The notes below the pieces were generated by a model. The model was not told where the DNA came from and searched no databases. It was given only the letters and a program-made list of their open reading frames with translations. Positions 20,915-31,638 of a stretch of DNA of 64,000 nt are shown piece by piece; the first letter of the stretch is position 1, and the number at the start of each line of letters is the position of its first letter. The stretch comes from Candidatus Kapaibacterium sp. (GTDB taxonomy: Bacteria > Bacteroidota > Ignavibacteria > Kapaibacteriales > UBA2268). The stretch is taken from positions 3,296,001 to 3,360,000 of the forward strand of contig OY761611.1 in the NCBI GenBank assembly GCA_963664875.1. Direction: 5' to 3'. A program made the position numbers and the translations under genes.

Positions 20915-22297
20915 ATGAGCAGCTCAGCAAAGAAATTTTCTTGGAAGCGGGTAATGATTTTTCTAACACTCGCTATTGTGATTGCAGTTACAGGGCTCTT
21001 TATATTTCTATATGGCTACAGCCACACTCTCATTACTGTGCCCAAAACCAAAAAGACCGTCACTCAAAAAAGCCTAACCCAAGACTCTTTGGGCGAAGCT
21101 GCCTTAGACTATTACAAAGCTATAATTGATACGTCCGATAAAGATATCGAAATAATTAAAGTCAGCAAACCGGAAGATACCGTTGTCCATTTTGGCATTG
21201 ATAAATACGCCGGCTCTAATGTCAAAAAAGTATTCGACGGAGAGCGCATCAATATTGCTATCACAGGTGTGGATTCCAGAATTGGAAGTTCTTTCAAACA
21301 TGCAGATGCGAACCATGTCCTTTCGATATTGCCTGATCTTGGTAAAATCGAGATTATTTCTGTACCACGCGACACAGAAGCTGACGCAGGTTTTCCTGAT
21401 TCCACCGGATTTAATAAACTGACAGTAGTCAGAGCCTCCAAAGGCAGAGATGGCTATCTCAAAGATTTGGCTGCTATCGCTGGCCTCGACAAAATTCACT
21501 ACTATGTAGAGTTTGGTTTTTCTCAGGCAATGGGTATTTTAGAATGGCTTGGTTATGGCGATGCCGGTTCGCAGTTGCAAGTGCTTCGTTCACGTAAAGG
21601 ATTTGTGGAAGATGATTTCCAAAGGACTTACAATCAGGCTCAGTTTATGAGACAGATGATGTTCCTCAATTTCGATAAATTTTCCGGCTTATTCGGCGAT
21701 GTCATGCTTAGTAGCGGACTTGCCATGGTAGATAGTAACCTCGACAAAGACAAAATACGCGAAATACTAAGCAGACTCAAAATAAATGGATTTGGAGAAA
21801 CAATTTCCAATGTTTCAGTTAAAGTCAAGCCTTCACTTAGATTCAAATTTAAGGTGTTTGATTTTTCTGACCCGCTTGTGGTGAAAGAAATGCAGAGCAA
21901 GGTGAACGACTACTTCAAATACACAGCTCACCACGATGATTCGTCTGCTACTCAACACGAAACCACAGATGTAGCAAAACTACTCAATAAAGCTTTGCAA
22001 AAAGCAGAAAAGGACACTGCTTCCAGACCTACGATTGTGATAAATAATCTTAAAACCTATTTTGACCAACGGGCTTGGCTTCAGGTGAAAGATAAAGCTA
22101 AAAGAGATACTATTCGCGAAAAATTTAATGTGATGCTTAGTGCTGCTTACACCAAAAAGGGCGATTTGAATAATGCTAAAAATGTTCGGGATGTGATTGA
22201 TAGAGAAAAAAAATTCTTCAAATTTAGCAACAATCAGATAGATGCAAGGCAGCAGAGTACTTCTGCTAAAGATACCCTAAATCATGCAAATTACTAA
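20915..22297 (+). CDS. LytR-CpsA-Psr (LCP) family membrane protein
   Basis: N-terminal TM; INI.ITGVD, SVPRDT, R.RKG...DDFQR..NQ. Confidence 0.7.
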   Translation: MSSSAKKFSWKRVMIFLTLAIVIAVTGLFIFLYGYSHTLITVPKTKKTVTQKSLTQDSLGEAALDYYKAIIDTSDKDIEIIKVSKPEDTVVHFGIDKYAGSNVKKVFDGERINIAITGVDSRIGSSFKHADANHVLSILPDLGKIEIISVPRDTEADAGFPDSTGFNKLTVVRASKGRDGYLKDLAAIAGLDKIHYYVEFGFSQAMGILEWLGYGDAGSQLQVLRSRKGFVEDDFQRTYNQAQFMRQMMFLNFDKFSGLFGDVMLSSGLAMVDSNLDKDKIREILSRLKINGFGETISNVSVKVKPSLRFKFKVFDFSDPLVVKEMQSKVNDYFKYTAHHDDSSATQHETTDVAKLLNKALQKAEKDTASRPTIVINNLKTYFDQRAWLQVKDKAKRDTIREKFNVMLSAAYTKKGDLNNAKNVRDVIDREKKFFKFSNNQIDARQQSTSAKDTLNHANY

Positions 22298-22309
22298 AAA
22301 GGATATATC

Positions 22310-22810
22310 ATGAAAGAGCTAATACTTGTCAGACATGCGAAATCAAGCTGGGACGATCCCGACTGGACCGATTTTAACAGACCGCTAAACAAACGCGGAC
22401 TGGTAGATGCTCCTTTTATGGCTAATCTTGCTACCACATGGGAATTTAAACCCGAGATGATCATTTCCAGTACTGCCAACCGGGCTTTGACCACTTCTAA
22501 AATATTTGCTGAAGCGTTTGCCCTTCCGTCAGAATCTTTCATAGAGGATTATAATATCTATGAAAAAGGACCTAAATACATTATTTCGAAGCTTAGAAGT
22601 TTAGATAACTCCCTCAGCAAAGTAATGCTTTTTGGTCACAATCCGGATATGACTTCTCTTGCCTCATATTTCACAGGTCAATACTTCGATAACGTGCCTA
22701 CATGCGGCATTGTTCATATTCGATTCAATTTCGATGATTGGGATAAAATTGAAACAACCAACGGCGAATTAGTCCGCTACGAATTCCCAAAAAAATACCC
22801 AAATAGGTAA
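22310..22810 (+). CDS. sixA: Phosphohistidine phosphatase, SixA family
   Basis: LVRHAKS, RPLN.RG, SSTANRA, FGHNP. Confidence 0.85.
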   Translation: MKELILVRHAKSSWDDPDWTDFNRPLNKRGLVDAPFMANLATTWEFKPEMIISSTANRALTTSKIFAEAFALPSESFIEDYNIYEKGPKYIISKLRSLDNSLSKVMLFGHNPDMTSLASYFTGQYFDNVPTCGIVHIRFNFDDWDKIETTNGELVRYEFPKKYPNR

Positions 22811-23011
22811 AAAAATAGGGGGGGATTTGTAACAGTAAGATCATCACTTTACTGTCTATGGTACTAAGTATTACAGCCTTCTGAGTTACTGCTAAGAGGC
22901 TGTCGTCTTTTACACACCTTTTGGAATCTCTTTCGCTATCTTTTGTTCATCTTAGATAGTCCAGTCTAGTCCATCTCTTCTAAGAGTGTGAGTTTGTTCA
23001 TGTTCTTTTGT

Positions 23012-23304
23012 GAGGCTGTCTCATAAGTACACTTTAGATTTTATTAGACTTATTTAGTGCGAAAAATACTAATACAATAGGAGACTGAAAGCCTCAAATA
23101 TAGTAGCCCGGGGCAACGCCCCGGGAAAGATAAGTCATTGAAATATAGAGCCCTGTAAGGGCGGCCAGCTTGAGACGCTAAAGGTCACTGAGCGAGTGAA
23201 ACGAGTCGAAGTGTGCGCCTCTACATTTTGCTTAACTCAGATCACATAATGTATTGAGGAATCGTCAAGTTAATATAGATTGTTTTGACTTATGAGACAG
23301 CCTC
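23012..23304. mobile_element. MITE-like element type B with REP-like palindromes
   Basis: Perfect 17-bp TIR GAGGCTGTCTCATAAGT; core shared with 57802-58113. Confidence 0.8.
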
Positions 23305-23322
23305 TTTAGTGGCTTAGCCTCT

Positions 23323-23349
23323 GAAACAAGGGGCTTCGGTCCATTGTGC
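23323..23349. repeat. REP-like palindrome (GAACAA...GGGCTT.AG.CC family), degenerate
   Basis: Similar to copies at 31668-31732 and 35349-35376. Confidence 0.5.
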
Positions 23350-23477
23350 GGTATATTCTATTGACTGATAATCCATTTCCTTTAGTAATCAATTTACCGC
23401 CTAATAAAAAAAAGCGTAACGATATTTGGTATATCTGATACGCTTTTCAAAAATTAAAGTCTTTTTCTTTCGAGCTT

Positions 23478-23981
23478 TTAATTCCCTAATATTGCCTGCC
23501 GTAGCTTCTTATGAATTAGTGGTATGACAGAAAGAACCTGATCTTCTGTTTTGAATAGATTTTTTACCTGATACTTCGGATGTGCAAGTTTGAGCTCAGT
23601 GTAATAAACGTATGCATTTATCAGCAACTTTCCTGCCTGCACGTTAAAATTACCTGTAACTACTCTTTCAATTTTGAGTATTTCCATTGCTTTCCACATA
23701 GTAGTCATGTGGTTTGGATCTTTAGGGTCGTAATTTAACTCTTTAAGCACCAATCGTATGGAATCAGATGGAACAATCCTGTAGTTGTACTCATCTGGAT
23801 CAGCTGAAGCTATTTCTATAGCCAATGAGTCACTGATGTCATTGCACCAGTGGTCATAAGCATCATTGCCGTCCATATTTTGAAAAGGCATCACAGCCAA
23901 TCTGATTTGAGATTGGGCAGGGACAGCAAAAAGCAAAATCAGAAAAATCGTAGAAAAGAAAAATTTGGAAACGTGTTTCAT
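23478..23981 (-). CDS. Secreted TolB-N/FlgO/CsgG-like domain protein
   Basis: Signal peptide; LAVMPFQN...ISDSL...VVTG.F. Confidence 0.6.
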   Translation of the reverse strand: MKHVSKFFFSTIFLILLFAVPAQSQIRLAVMPFQNMDGNDAYDHWCNDISDSLAIEIASADPDEYNYRIVPSDSIRLVLKELNYDPKDPNHMTTMWKAMEILKIERVVTGNFNVQAGKLLINAYVYYTELKLAHPKYQVKNLFKTEDQVLSVIPLIHKKLRQAILGN

Positions 23982-24028
23982 AATTAAACCCCGTAAAAGA
24001 TATTTGAAATCTGTTTACGGGGTATAAC

Positions 24029-24337
24029 TTAACTAATAAATCCTTTTTCTTCAAGATATTTTTTGACATCTTGAAAAGATTTTACAAGTTTTGGTTGCAT
24101 TTCGCCGGCTTCTTCCCATTTATCTTCTTTGGAAAGCTCCATCAAGGCTACGCCCATATCGCCTATCTCGGTGAGACCAAACTGGTAGCACGAGCCCTTA
24201 AGAGTATGAGCCATTCTGTATAAATCGGCATTGTTTTTTTCGCCTATAAGTTGTGGCATTTGCTCTAAATCATTCAGCCATGTATCCACAAATTCAGGTA
24301 AAAGCTCTTGGATAAAAGGATCGTCTGGAATATTCAC
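24029..24337 (-). CDS. Stand-alone Hpt domain protein
   Basis: AHTLKGS motif; start trimmed to GTG 24337 because the longer ORF overlaps rnpB. Confidence 0.8.
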   Translation of the reverse strand: MNIPDDPFIQELLPEFVDTWLNDLEQMPQLIGEKNNADLYRMAHTLKGSCYQFGLTEIGDMGVALMELSKEDKWEEAGEMQPKLVKSFQDVKKYLEEKGFIS

Positions 24338-24373
24338 AATAAACCCATATATTAAGTGGTAAAAAAAACTTAA

Positions 24374-24796
24374 GTAGAGAAAACGATAAGCCGAATTCTG
24401 TCTTTTTTGCTTATAAATAAGTAAAAGAGGCAATCATTTATCTAGGCAAACCGTCACCGATTTGCTCAAGCAGCCTACCCAAATAAGTAAACCGGACGGG
24501 CAGCCCGGCACGCTTTCCCAAAGAAAAGCGAACTTATTCCTATTTGGCCTTGCACTGTGTGGGGTTTACCCGGCTAATAATGTCGCCATCACTACCGGTG
24601 AGCTCTTACCTCACCCTTTCACCCTTACCTACTTTGCAAAACAAAGCAGGCGGTTTACTTTCTGTTGCACTTGCCACAGCTCGCAATCTAAAACTAATCA
24701 AACCGCTTACTGCCTTCGCGTTACGAAGCACACTGCCCTATAGTGTTCGGACTTTCCTCAGAGTTAATAAACTCCGCGATTGCCTGTTTTCCCTAC
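24374..24796 (-). ncRNA. rnpB: RNase P RNA (type A)
   Basis: Minus strand GAGGAAAGTCCGAAC, AGTGCAACAGAAAG, GGTAAACCCC, GACAGAATTCGGCTTA; P1 ends GTAGGGAAAAC/GTTTTCTCTAC. Confidence 0.95.
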
Positions 24797-24862
24797 AAAA
24801 GCAAATTTATAACTAATATATGAAACGTCAAAGTACGAATAATTATTTTGACAAAAATAGAT

Positions 24863-25600
24863 TTATAAGTTGTCAACCATTTCATCATCAACGATGTAGT
24901 CTTCAGGAGTTACAATACGTCCGCAGTTCTCGCAAATCAATATCTGATTGCGATTGTTGCGTAGTTCTACAATTTTTTGAGCAGGAATAGCATTGTAGCA
25001 ACCGGAGCAGCTGTTTTTATAAACTCTTACAGCAGCGTCAAGGTGCATAAGTCTGATTCTTGCGTAGTCTGTATAAAGTGCTTTCGGGAGCATAACCACT
25101 AATTTTTCTTTTTTGGCTTTCAATTCTTCTAATTCATCGTTTTGCCCTTCAGTCAGTGCTGAATGTTCTTGTTCTTTTTCAGCTAATTCTACTTTCAATT
25201 TTTCGAGATCAGCTTCCTGAGATTCTAAAATTCTGACTAAATTCTCTTCTTTCAAGCCTTCTGCACGCAACTGCTCAGAAAGTTTTTTGTGTTCTTCTTT
25301 CAGAGTTTTAATTTCGTTGCTGATTGCATCAAATTCTTTGTTATTTCTTACATGGAACTGTTGTTCTGTAAGTTTTTCTTCTTTGTCTTTGAGCTCAACG
25401 AGAGTGATTTTAGTTCTTGAGCAAAAGCTTTTTACATCCTTAAGAATAGACTTAGTTTCTTCTACTAATTTTGTCTGTTCACCAAGTTTGAATGTTTTTT
25501 GTTCGATAATTTGAGGCAAATCACCAAAATCTTCGTTTAATTCGTCTAAACGTTGATCTACATGAGCAACAACTGCCAATATTTCAATAGGATATTCCAT
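24863..25600 (-). CDS. Coiled-coil C4 zinc-ribbon protein (DUF164-like)
   Basis: Long coiled coil, CSGC...CENCGRI; follows the Nif3 gene. Confidence 0.9.
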   Translation of the reverse strand: MEYPIEILAVVAHVDQRLDELNEDFGDLPQIIEQKTFKLGEQTKLVEETKSILKDVKSFCSRTKITLVELKDKEEKLTEQQFHVRNNKEFDAISNEIKTLKEEHKKLSEQLRAEGLKEENLVRILESQEADLEKLKVELAEKEQEHSALTEGQNDELEELKAKKEKLVVMLPKALYTDYARIRLMHLDAAVRVYKNSCSGCYNAIPAQKIVELRNNRNQILICENCGRIVTPEDYIVDDEMVDNL

Positions 25601-25620
25601 AAATCCGGCACCAAACTGTA

Positions 25621-26457
25621 TTAATGATTTATAATATTTATCTGTTCTTCTGAGTAAGTGTCTCTGCCTGCAAAATGAATCACAGGGTTTGTGTGAATGC
25701 TGGTCTGCATCAACTTAATATCCTGCATTTCCGGTACATTTTCCGTAAAATATTTATGTAAAAATATAGGTACGAACTGTTCCATTTCGTAATGTCCCGG
25801 ATCAATCAGAGCTAATTCGCCTTTGACCGCATGAAAAATGTGATAAGTAACGTCAGCTGTGATAAATGCATCAGCTTTGCTACGAATAGCATGATTTAAG
25901 AAAGATGTCCCACTGCCACCGACAATAGCTACTTTGAGTATTTTATCGCCTTTACCGACATTATATCTTATGGGAGCAGCACATATATCGGAAACATTGC
26001 TTACTAATTGCTCAAGAGAAGATGGAGTAGGCAATTCACCAACGATGCCCATTCCTCTGTCTTGATATGCTTTGTCAGGCACTAATAAATCTATATTTTG
26101 CAAACCCAATTTGTCTGCAAGTATTCTGCTTGTGCCTTCTATGAAAGCGTCGTACAATGTATGAACCGCAACAACCGCAATACTGTTTTTGATTAGCTTA
26201 GTAACCAATCTGCCGACCCGCTCATCGTTAGCAATAGTTTTAAGCGGTCTGTATATCAAAGGATGAAAAGTAATAATTAAATCAATATTTTCTTTGATTG
26301 CTTCGTTTATCACTTCATCAGTTATCTCAAGAGTAAAGAGAATGCTTTGCACATCATCAATATCAGATTGGATTTGCAAGCCGACTCTATCACCTTCTAT
26401 CGCCGTTTCAGGCGGGAAGTGCTTATTGATAACATTGCAGATTTCGCTAAGTTTCAT
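25621..26457 (-). CDS. Nif3-like dinuclear metal centre protein
   Basis: D.VGLQI, HPLIY, HT.YD, GGSG, TAD..YH, GHYEME. Confidence 0.9.
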   Translation of the reverse strand: MKLSEICNVINKHFPPETAIEGDRVGLQIQSDIDDVQSILFTLEITDEVINEAIKENIDLIITFHPLIYRPLKTIANDERVGRLVTKLIKNSIAVVAVHTLYDAFIEGTSRILADKLGLQNIDLLVPDKAYQDRGMGIVGELPTPSSLEQLVSNVSDICAAPIRYNVGKGDKILKVAIVGGSGTSFLNHAIRSKADAFITADVTYHIFHAVKGELALIDPGHYEMEQFVPIFLHKYFTENVPEMQDIKLMQTSIHTNPVIHFAGRDTYSEEQINIINH

Positions 26458-26632
26458 GCTTTAAAAACTTATGTTTGTATAAATTGCGTATAGTGCTAAG
26501 TGGCAAATTACGAAAGAATAGACATTTATACAATCTTTACAATCGAACAGGCGATTATTTTAATAAAGATTTCAAACTACTTTGTTATTGACGTGTATAT
26601 TTGTATATTCACTTGACTACAAATGAGGCTTA

Positions 26633-27328
26633 ATGATGAAAACTATATATTTTATACTGATACTTTTTTGTGCATATATTCCCACTCTTTCGCAGCAACC
26701 CGGCGAAACGACGGGAGGTTTTAACAAAGATACTGTTTTTGTATTCAAGTCGCCACGTCCTCTTCTTACTTATGAAGAAAAAAATGCTACTATTAACGAC
26801 GGTACCGGTATCAAACTTGTTTTAAATGAGAGCGGATTCGGATTTGGTATGTTTCACCAGAGACAGATTAACGATGATTTTGCATGGTTCATAGAGACGT
26901 ACTTTTCTTCTGCAAGAAATGCTGATGAATTTGAATATTATAATTTTGAAGAACAGGAATACAGAGTGCCAAATAAAGTTAACCGTGTTTACAAAATGCC
27001 ACTGATGGTAGGTATCCAGTACTTTGTATTTAAAGATTTTCTACATAAAAATTTCCGCCCGATGGTCAATGCTGGATTTGGACCTACTTTTATTGCTTCT
27101 ACTCCTTATAACAAAGGCTGGTTCGAAGCCTGGGACAGTGCTAAGTATTTTGGCAGATTCGGCGGATTCGTAGGCATAGGTGCTAATTTTGGGTCTAATA
27201 TGGGTATGTCAAGCATAAATGTAAGATACTACTATGTGCCTGCAGGAGAGTCCGAAATTGAAAGTCTAAGAGATTTCCCTATTGATAATTTTGGTGGCTT
27301 GACCATTTCTCTAAATATTGGCTTCTAA
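26633..27328 (+). CDS. Outer-membrane beta-barrel protein
   Basis: Signal peptide, amphipathic strands, terminal Phe. Confidence 0.65.
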   Translation: MMKTIYFILILFCAYIPTLSQQPGETTGGFNKDTVFVFKSPRPLLTYEEKNATINDGTGIKLVLNESGFGFGMFHQRQINDDFAWFIETYFSSARNADEFEYYNFEEQEYRVPNKVNRVYKMPLMVGIQYFVFKDFLHKNFRPMVNAGFGPTFIASTPYNKGWFEAWDSAKYFGRFGGFVGIGANFGSNMGMSSINVRYYYVPAGESEIESLRDFPIDNFGGLTISLNIGF

Positions 27329-27961
27329 ATTATCTGAAAAATCGATAGTGTTACTCCGGAAAATGGCTATTCAATCAGCTTTTCTGGGAGAATATGCTAA
27401 TAAATTTCCAGAAGCGGCTTACTGTCAATATGCAGTTGGCTACCTAAAACAGTGGTAGCTACAAACATTCTTAACCATCGCGATTGATTATTGCATTTAG
27501 AATATACCAATAACAATCTATTGATTAGTATCAAAATTACGAATCCCATTTCTATTACGATATAACATGTCTATCTAAAATGCAAAGTTGGGTTGTGTTT
27601 GTGGATTTCAAATGGCAATTATATAGAAAATATCAAATATTCCAATTCTGAGTCTGTATTATGATAAATATTTTATCTTTTTTTAGCATAAACTTACCCG
27701 AGACTCAACTCTGAAGAAGATTTAAAACTAAAAACAGCATTTAGGGGCACATCATTCAATATCATAATTTATTTGATTTTAAGATACTTATAGATATATT
27801 CCCTAATTTATACTATATTTCCGATTAGTCAATTAGATATGGAAATTTCAAAAAAATTTTGTTAATTTGAGAATGGGAATTACACGCTTTTCCGAAAAGA
27901 TAAAATATCGATCTCAATATACAACATTTTATACATTTTTTTATGTTTAGGAGTTCCTTGT

Positions 27962-30900
27962 ATGAGTCAGAAAGTTTATGCAACTATTGATGGAAACGAG
28001 GCAGCTGCTTATACGATGTACCGTGTGAACGAGGTATGTGGTATCTACCCGATTACACCATCATCTAATATGGGCGAATGGGCTGATGAATGGGCTGCAA
28101 AAGGTATTAAAAATATTTGGGGCAATGTGCCTGTAGTTTGCGAAATGCAAAGTGAAGGTGGTGCAGCCGGTGCTGTTCACGGTTCTTTGCAGGCAGGTGC
28201 TTTGACTACAACTTTTACAGCATCTCAAGGTTTGCTGCTCAAAATACCTAATATGTACAAAATTGCAGGCGAATTGACACCGACTGTGTTCAACATCACT
28301 GCTCGCTCTTTGGCTACTCATGCGCTCTCTATCTTTGGAGACCATAGTGACATTATGGCGGCAAGAGCTACAGGCTTTGCTTTCCTTGCTTCCAACTCTG
28401 TTCAGGAAGTTATGGACATGGCTCTTATCGCTCAGGCATCTACTCTTGAATCTCGTATTCCTTTCCTTCATTTCTTCGATGGCTTCCGTACTTCTCACGA
28501 AGTTGCGAAAATCGAGCTTTTGCAAGAGAATGTAATGAAAGAAATGATAAATGACGACTTGGTAGCAGCTCACAGAGAAAGATCTCTTTCTCCTGACCAT
28601 CCGGTAATCCGCGGTACTGCTCAAAATCCTGACGTTTTCTTCCAAAACAGAGAAACTGTCAACAAGTTCTATGAAGCTTGCCCTGATATTATCCAAAAAC
28701 AAATGGATAAATTTGCCTCTCTAACCGGCCGTCAGTACAAATTGATGGAATACCATGGCTCTCACACTGCCGAAAGAGTCATCGTCATAATGGGTTCTGC
28801 TGAGCAGACTGTTCGTGAAACCATCGACTATTTGTCTGCAAAAGGCGAAAATATCGGCTTAGTAAACGTAAGAGTTTACCGTCCGTTTGACATCAAACGC
28901 TTTATGGAAGTTCTTCCTACTACTGTTAAAAAAATTGCAGTTATGGATAGAACTAAAGAGCCGGGTGCAGTTGGGGAACCATTATATAACGATGTGCTAA
29001 ATGCAATCTTTGAAGGTATTAATAGTGGTTATGGCAAATTAACTAGCTTCCCTAAAGTGGTTGGTGGCCGTTACGGTCTTTCTTCTAAAGAGTTTACTCC
29101 TGCTATGGTAAAAGCTATATATGATAACTTAAGCCTTGAAACTCCTAAAAACCACTTCACAGTAGGTATCAAAGATGATGTTTCTAATACTTCTTTAGAT
29201 TACGATAAAACTTTTGATATCGAAAAAGATAATGTTATCCGTGCCTTATTCTTTGGTTTGGGTTCTGACGGTACAGTAGGTGCTAATAAAAACTCTATCA
29301 AAATCATTGGTGAAAACACCAATAACTACGCTCAGGGTTACTTCGTATATGACTCTAAAAAAGCAGGCTCTTTGACTACGTCTCACTTGAGATTTGGTCC
29401 TGAAATTATACGTTCAGAGTATTTGGTTAATTCTGCTAACTTCATAGCATGCCACCAAACTGTATTCCTTGAAAAATACAATATGCTTGAAAGCATCGTA
29501 GAAGGCGGTACTTTCTTGATTAACATCCCGGGTGAAGCATCTGAAGTATGGAACAAACTTCCAAAAACTACTCAGCAGATTATCATCGACAAAAAATTGA
29601 AATTATATGCTATAGATGCCCAGACTGTAGCTGAAAACTCAGGTATGGGGCGCAGAATCAATACTGTGATGCAGGTATGTTTCTTCGCTATCTCAGGCGT
29701 ATTGAAACGTGACGAAGCTATATCGGCTATCAAAGATTCTATCAAGAAAACTTACGGCAAAAAAGGCGATGAAATCGTTAACATGAACCTTAAAGCCGTT
29801 GACAATACATTGGAACACTTACACGAAATCAAACCTACTGAAACAGTTACTTCTACTTTTGATATTTCAAATGATGTATCTGACAAAGCTCCTGATTTTG
29901 TGAAAAATACTTTGGCTCCAATCATCGCAGGCAAAGGCGACGACATCCCTGTAAGTGCTTTCCCTAAAGATGGTACTTTCCCAACTGGAACTTCTCAGTG
30001 GGAAAAACGCTCAATCGCTTTGGAAATTCCTGTATGGGACGAATCAATCTGTATCCAGTGCGGTAAATGTTCTATGGTTTGCCCTCACGCTGCTATTCGT
30101 ATCAAAGCTTATGATTCAGCAATTTTGGCAAACGCACCTGAAACATTCAAATCAGTTGATTCGAGCGACAAATCTTTTGCAGGCATGAAATATACTGTTC
30201 AGGTTGCTCCTGAAGATTGTACAGGTTGCGGTGTTTGCGTTGAAGTTTGCCCGGCTAAAAACAAATCTAATACAGCTCTTAAAGCGTTGAATTTAGCTCC
30301 TCAGCCTCCACTTCGTAAAGCTGAAGCTGCTAACTGGGACTTCTTCTTAAATATTCCGGATCCTGACAGAACTACTCTTAAAGTAGATGCAATCCGCCAG
30401 CAACAAATGCAAAGACCATTATTCGAATTTAGTGGTGCTTGTGCCGGTTGCGGTGAAACTCCTTATGTTAAATTGATTTCTCAGTTGTTTGGCGATAGAG
30501 CTATAGTTGCTAACGCTACAGGTTGCTCTTCAATCTATGGTGGTAACTTGCCAACTACTCCTTGGACATTCGACGATAACGGTCGTGGTCCTGCTTGGTC
30601 TAACTCACTATTCGAAGATAACGCTGAATTTGGTCTTGGTTTCCGCCTTGCTATTGACAAACAAGACAGCATGGCTCGCGAACTTCTTGTTACTTTAGCA
30701 AGTGAAGTTGGTCAGGACTTAGTAGATGCTATCTTGAATGCAGACCAAAAAGATGAAAAAGGCATAGCAGAACAAAGAGCAAGAGTAGCTACTCTTAAAG
30801 ATAAATTAGCAGGAAACAGCAAATACGAAGCTAAACGCCTTCTTACTGTTGTTGATTACTTAGTTAAAAAATCAGTTTGGATCGTTGGTGGTGACGGTTG

Positions 30901-31513
30901 GGCTTATGATATTGGTTATGGTGGTCTTGACCACGTAATTGCATCAGGCAAAAACGTAAATATCCTCGTTATGGATACTGAAGTATATTCAAACACAGGT
31001 GGTCAGACTTCAAAAGCGACTCCACTTAGTGCTATTGCTAAATTCTCTGCCGGCGGTAAACCAACTCGCAAAAAAGATCTTGGTATGATGGCTATGAGCT
31101 ATGGTACAGTTTATGTAGGTGCAGTAGCACTTGGTGCTAACGACACACATACACTTAAAACATTCTTAGAAGCTGAAGCTTACGACGGACCTTCTATTAT
31201 CTTGGCATACTCTCACTGTATTGCACACGGTATCGATATGTCTTCTCCATTGAAACATCAAAAAGCTGTTGTTGACTCAGGTCAATGGTTGCTTTACAGA
31301 TACAATCCGGATTTGGCATTAGAAGGCAAAAATCCATTCAAATTAGATTCTAAACCTCCTAAAATGGACGTTAAAGACTTTATGAACATGGAAAACCGTT
31401 TCAGAATGCTTACTAAAGCTCAACCTGAAGTTGCAGCTAAATACTATGAAATGGCACAGCAAAACGTAAAAGAAAGATACGAAATGTACAAATACCTTTC
31501 TGAGAAAGAATAA
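27962..31513 (+). CDS. nifJ: Pyruvate:ferredoxin/flavodoxin oxidoreductase
   Basis: YPITPS, two 4Fe-4S CxxCxxC motifs, FEFSGACAGCGE, GGDGWAYDIG. Confidence 0.97.
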   Translation: MSQKVYATIDGNEAAAYTMYRVNEVCGIYPITPSSNMGEWADEWAAKGIKNIWGNVPVVCEMQSEGGAAGAVHGSLQAGALTTTFTASQGLLLKIPNMYKIAGELTPTVFNITARSLATHALSIFGDHSDIMAARATGFAFLASNSVQEVMDMALIAQASTLESRIPFLHFFDGFRTSHEVAKIELLQENVMKEMINDDLVAAHRERSLSPDHPVIRGTAQNPDVFFQNRETVNKFYEACPDIIQKQMDKFASLTGRQYKLMEYHGSHTAERVIVIMGSAEQTVRETIDYLSAKGENIGLVNVRVYRPFDIKRFMEVLPTTVKKIAVMDRTKEPGAVGEPLYNDVLNAIFEGINSGYGKLTSFPKVVGGRYGLSSKEFTPAMVKAIYDNLSLETPKNHFTVGIKDDVSNTSLDYDKTFDIEKDNVIRALFFGLGSDGTVGANKNSIKIIGENTNNYAQGYFVYDSKKAGSLTTSHLRFGPEIIRSEYLVNSANFIACHQTVFLEKYNMLESIVEGGTFLINIPGEASEVWNKLPKTTQQIIIDKKLKLYAIDAQTVAENSGMGRRINTVMQVCFFAISGVLKRDEAISAIKDSIKKTYGKKGDEIVNMNLKAVDNTLEHLHEIKPTETVTSTFDISNDVSDKAPDFVKNTLAPIIAGKGDDIPVSAFPKDGTFPTGTSQWEKRSIALEIPVWDESICIQCGKCSMVCPHAAIRIKAYDSAILANAPETFKSVDSSDKSFAGMKYTVQVAPEDCTGCGVCVEVCPAKNKSNTALKALNLAPQPPLRKAEAANWDFFLNIPDPDRTTLKVDAIRQQQMQRPLFEFSGACAGCGETPYVKLISQLFGDRAIVANATGCSSIYGGNLPTTPWTFDDNGRGPAWSNSLFEDNAEFGLGFRLAIDKQDSMARELLVTLASEVGQDLVDAILNADQKDEKGIAEQRARVATLKDKLAGNSKYEAKRLLTVVDYLVKKSVWIVGGDGWAYDIGYGGLDHVIASGKNVNILVMDTEVYSNTGGQTSKATPLSAIAKFSAGGKPTRKKDLGMMAMSYGTVYVGAVALGANDTHTLKTFLEAEAYDGPSIILAYSHCIAHGIDMSSPLKHQKAVVDSGQWLLYRYNPDLALEGKNPFKLDSKPPKMDVKDFMNMENRFRMLTKAQPEVAAKYYEMAQQNVKERYEMYKYLSEKE

Positions 31514-31549
31514 GTATTTTACTTTTCTGAATTACGTCAATTAGATAAC

Positions 31550-31583
31550 AAGCGGGCGATGCAATTATGCATTGCCCGTTTTG
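31550..31583 (+). terminator. Intrinsic terminator after nifJ
   Basis: GCGGGCGATGCA-atta-TGCATTGCCCGT followed by T-rich tail. Confidence 0.65.
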
Positions 31584-31638
31584 TTAGTAATCTATCTCGA
31601 AGCTAATTCCGGAGCGCTTGATGTTAACACTTGTTTTG

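Noticed and set aside
24462-24816. ORFs 24462-24743 and 24544-24816
   Set aside because: Antisense to the RNase P RNA gene
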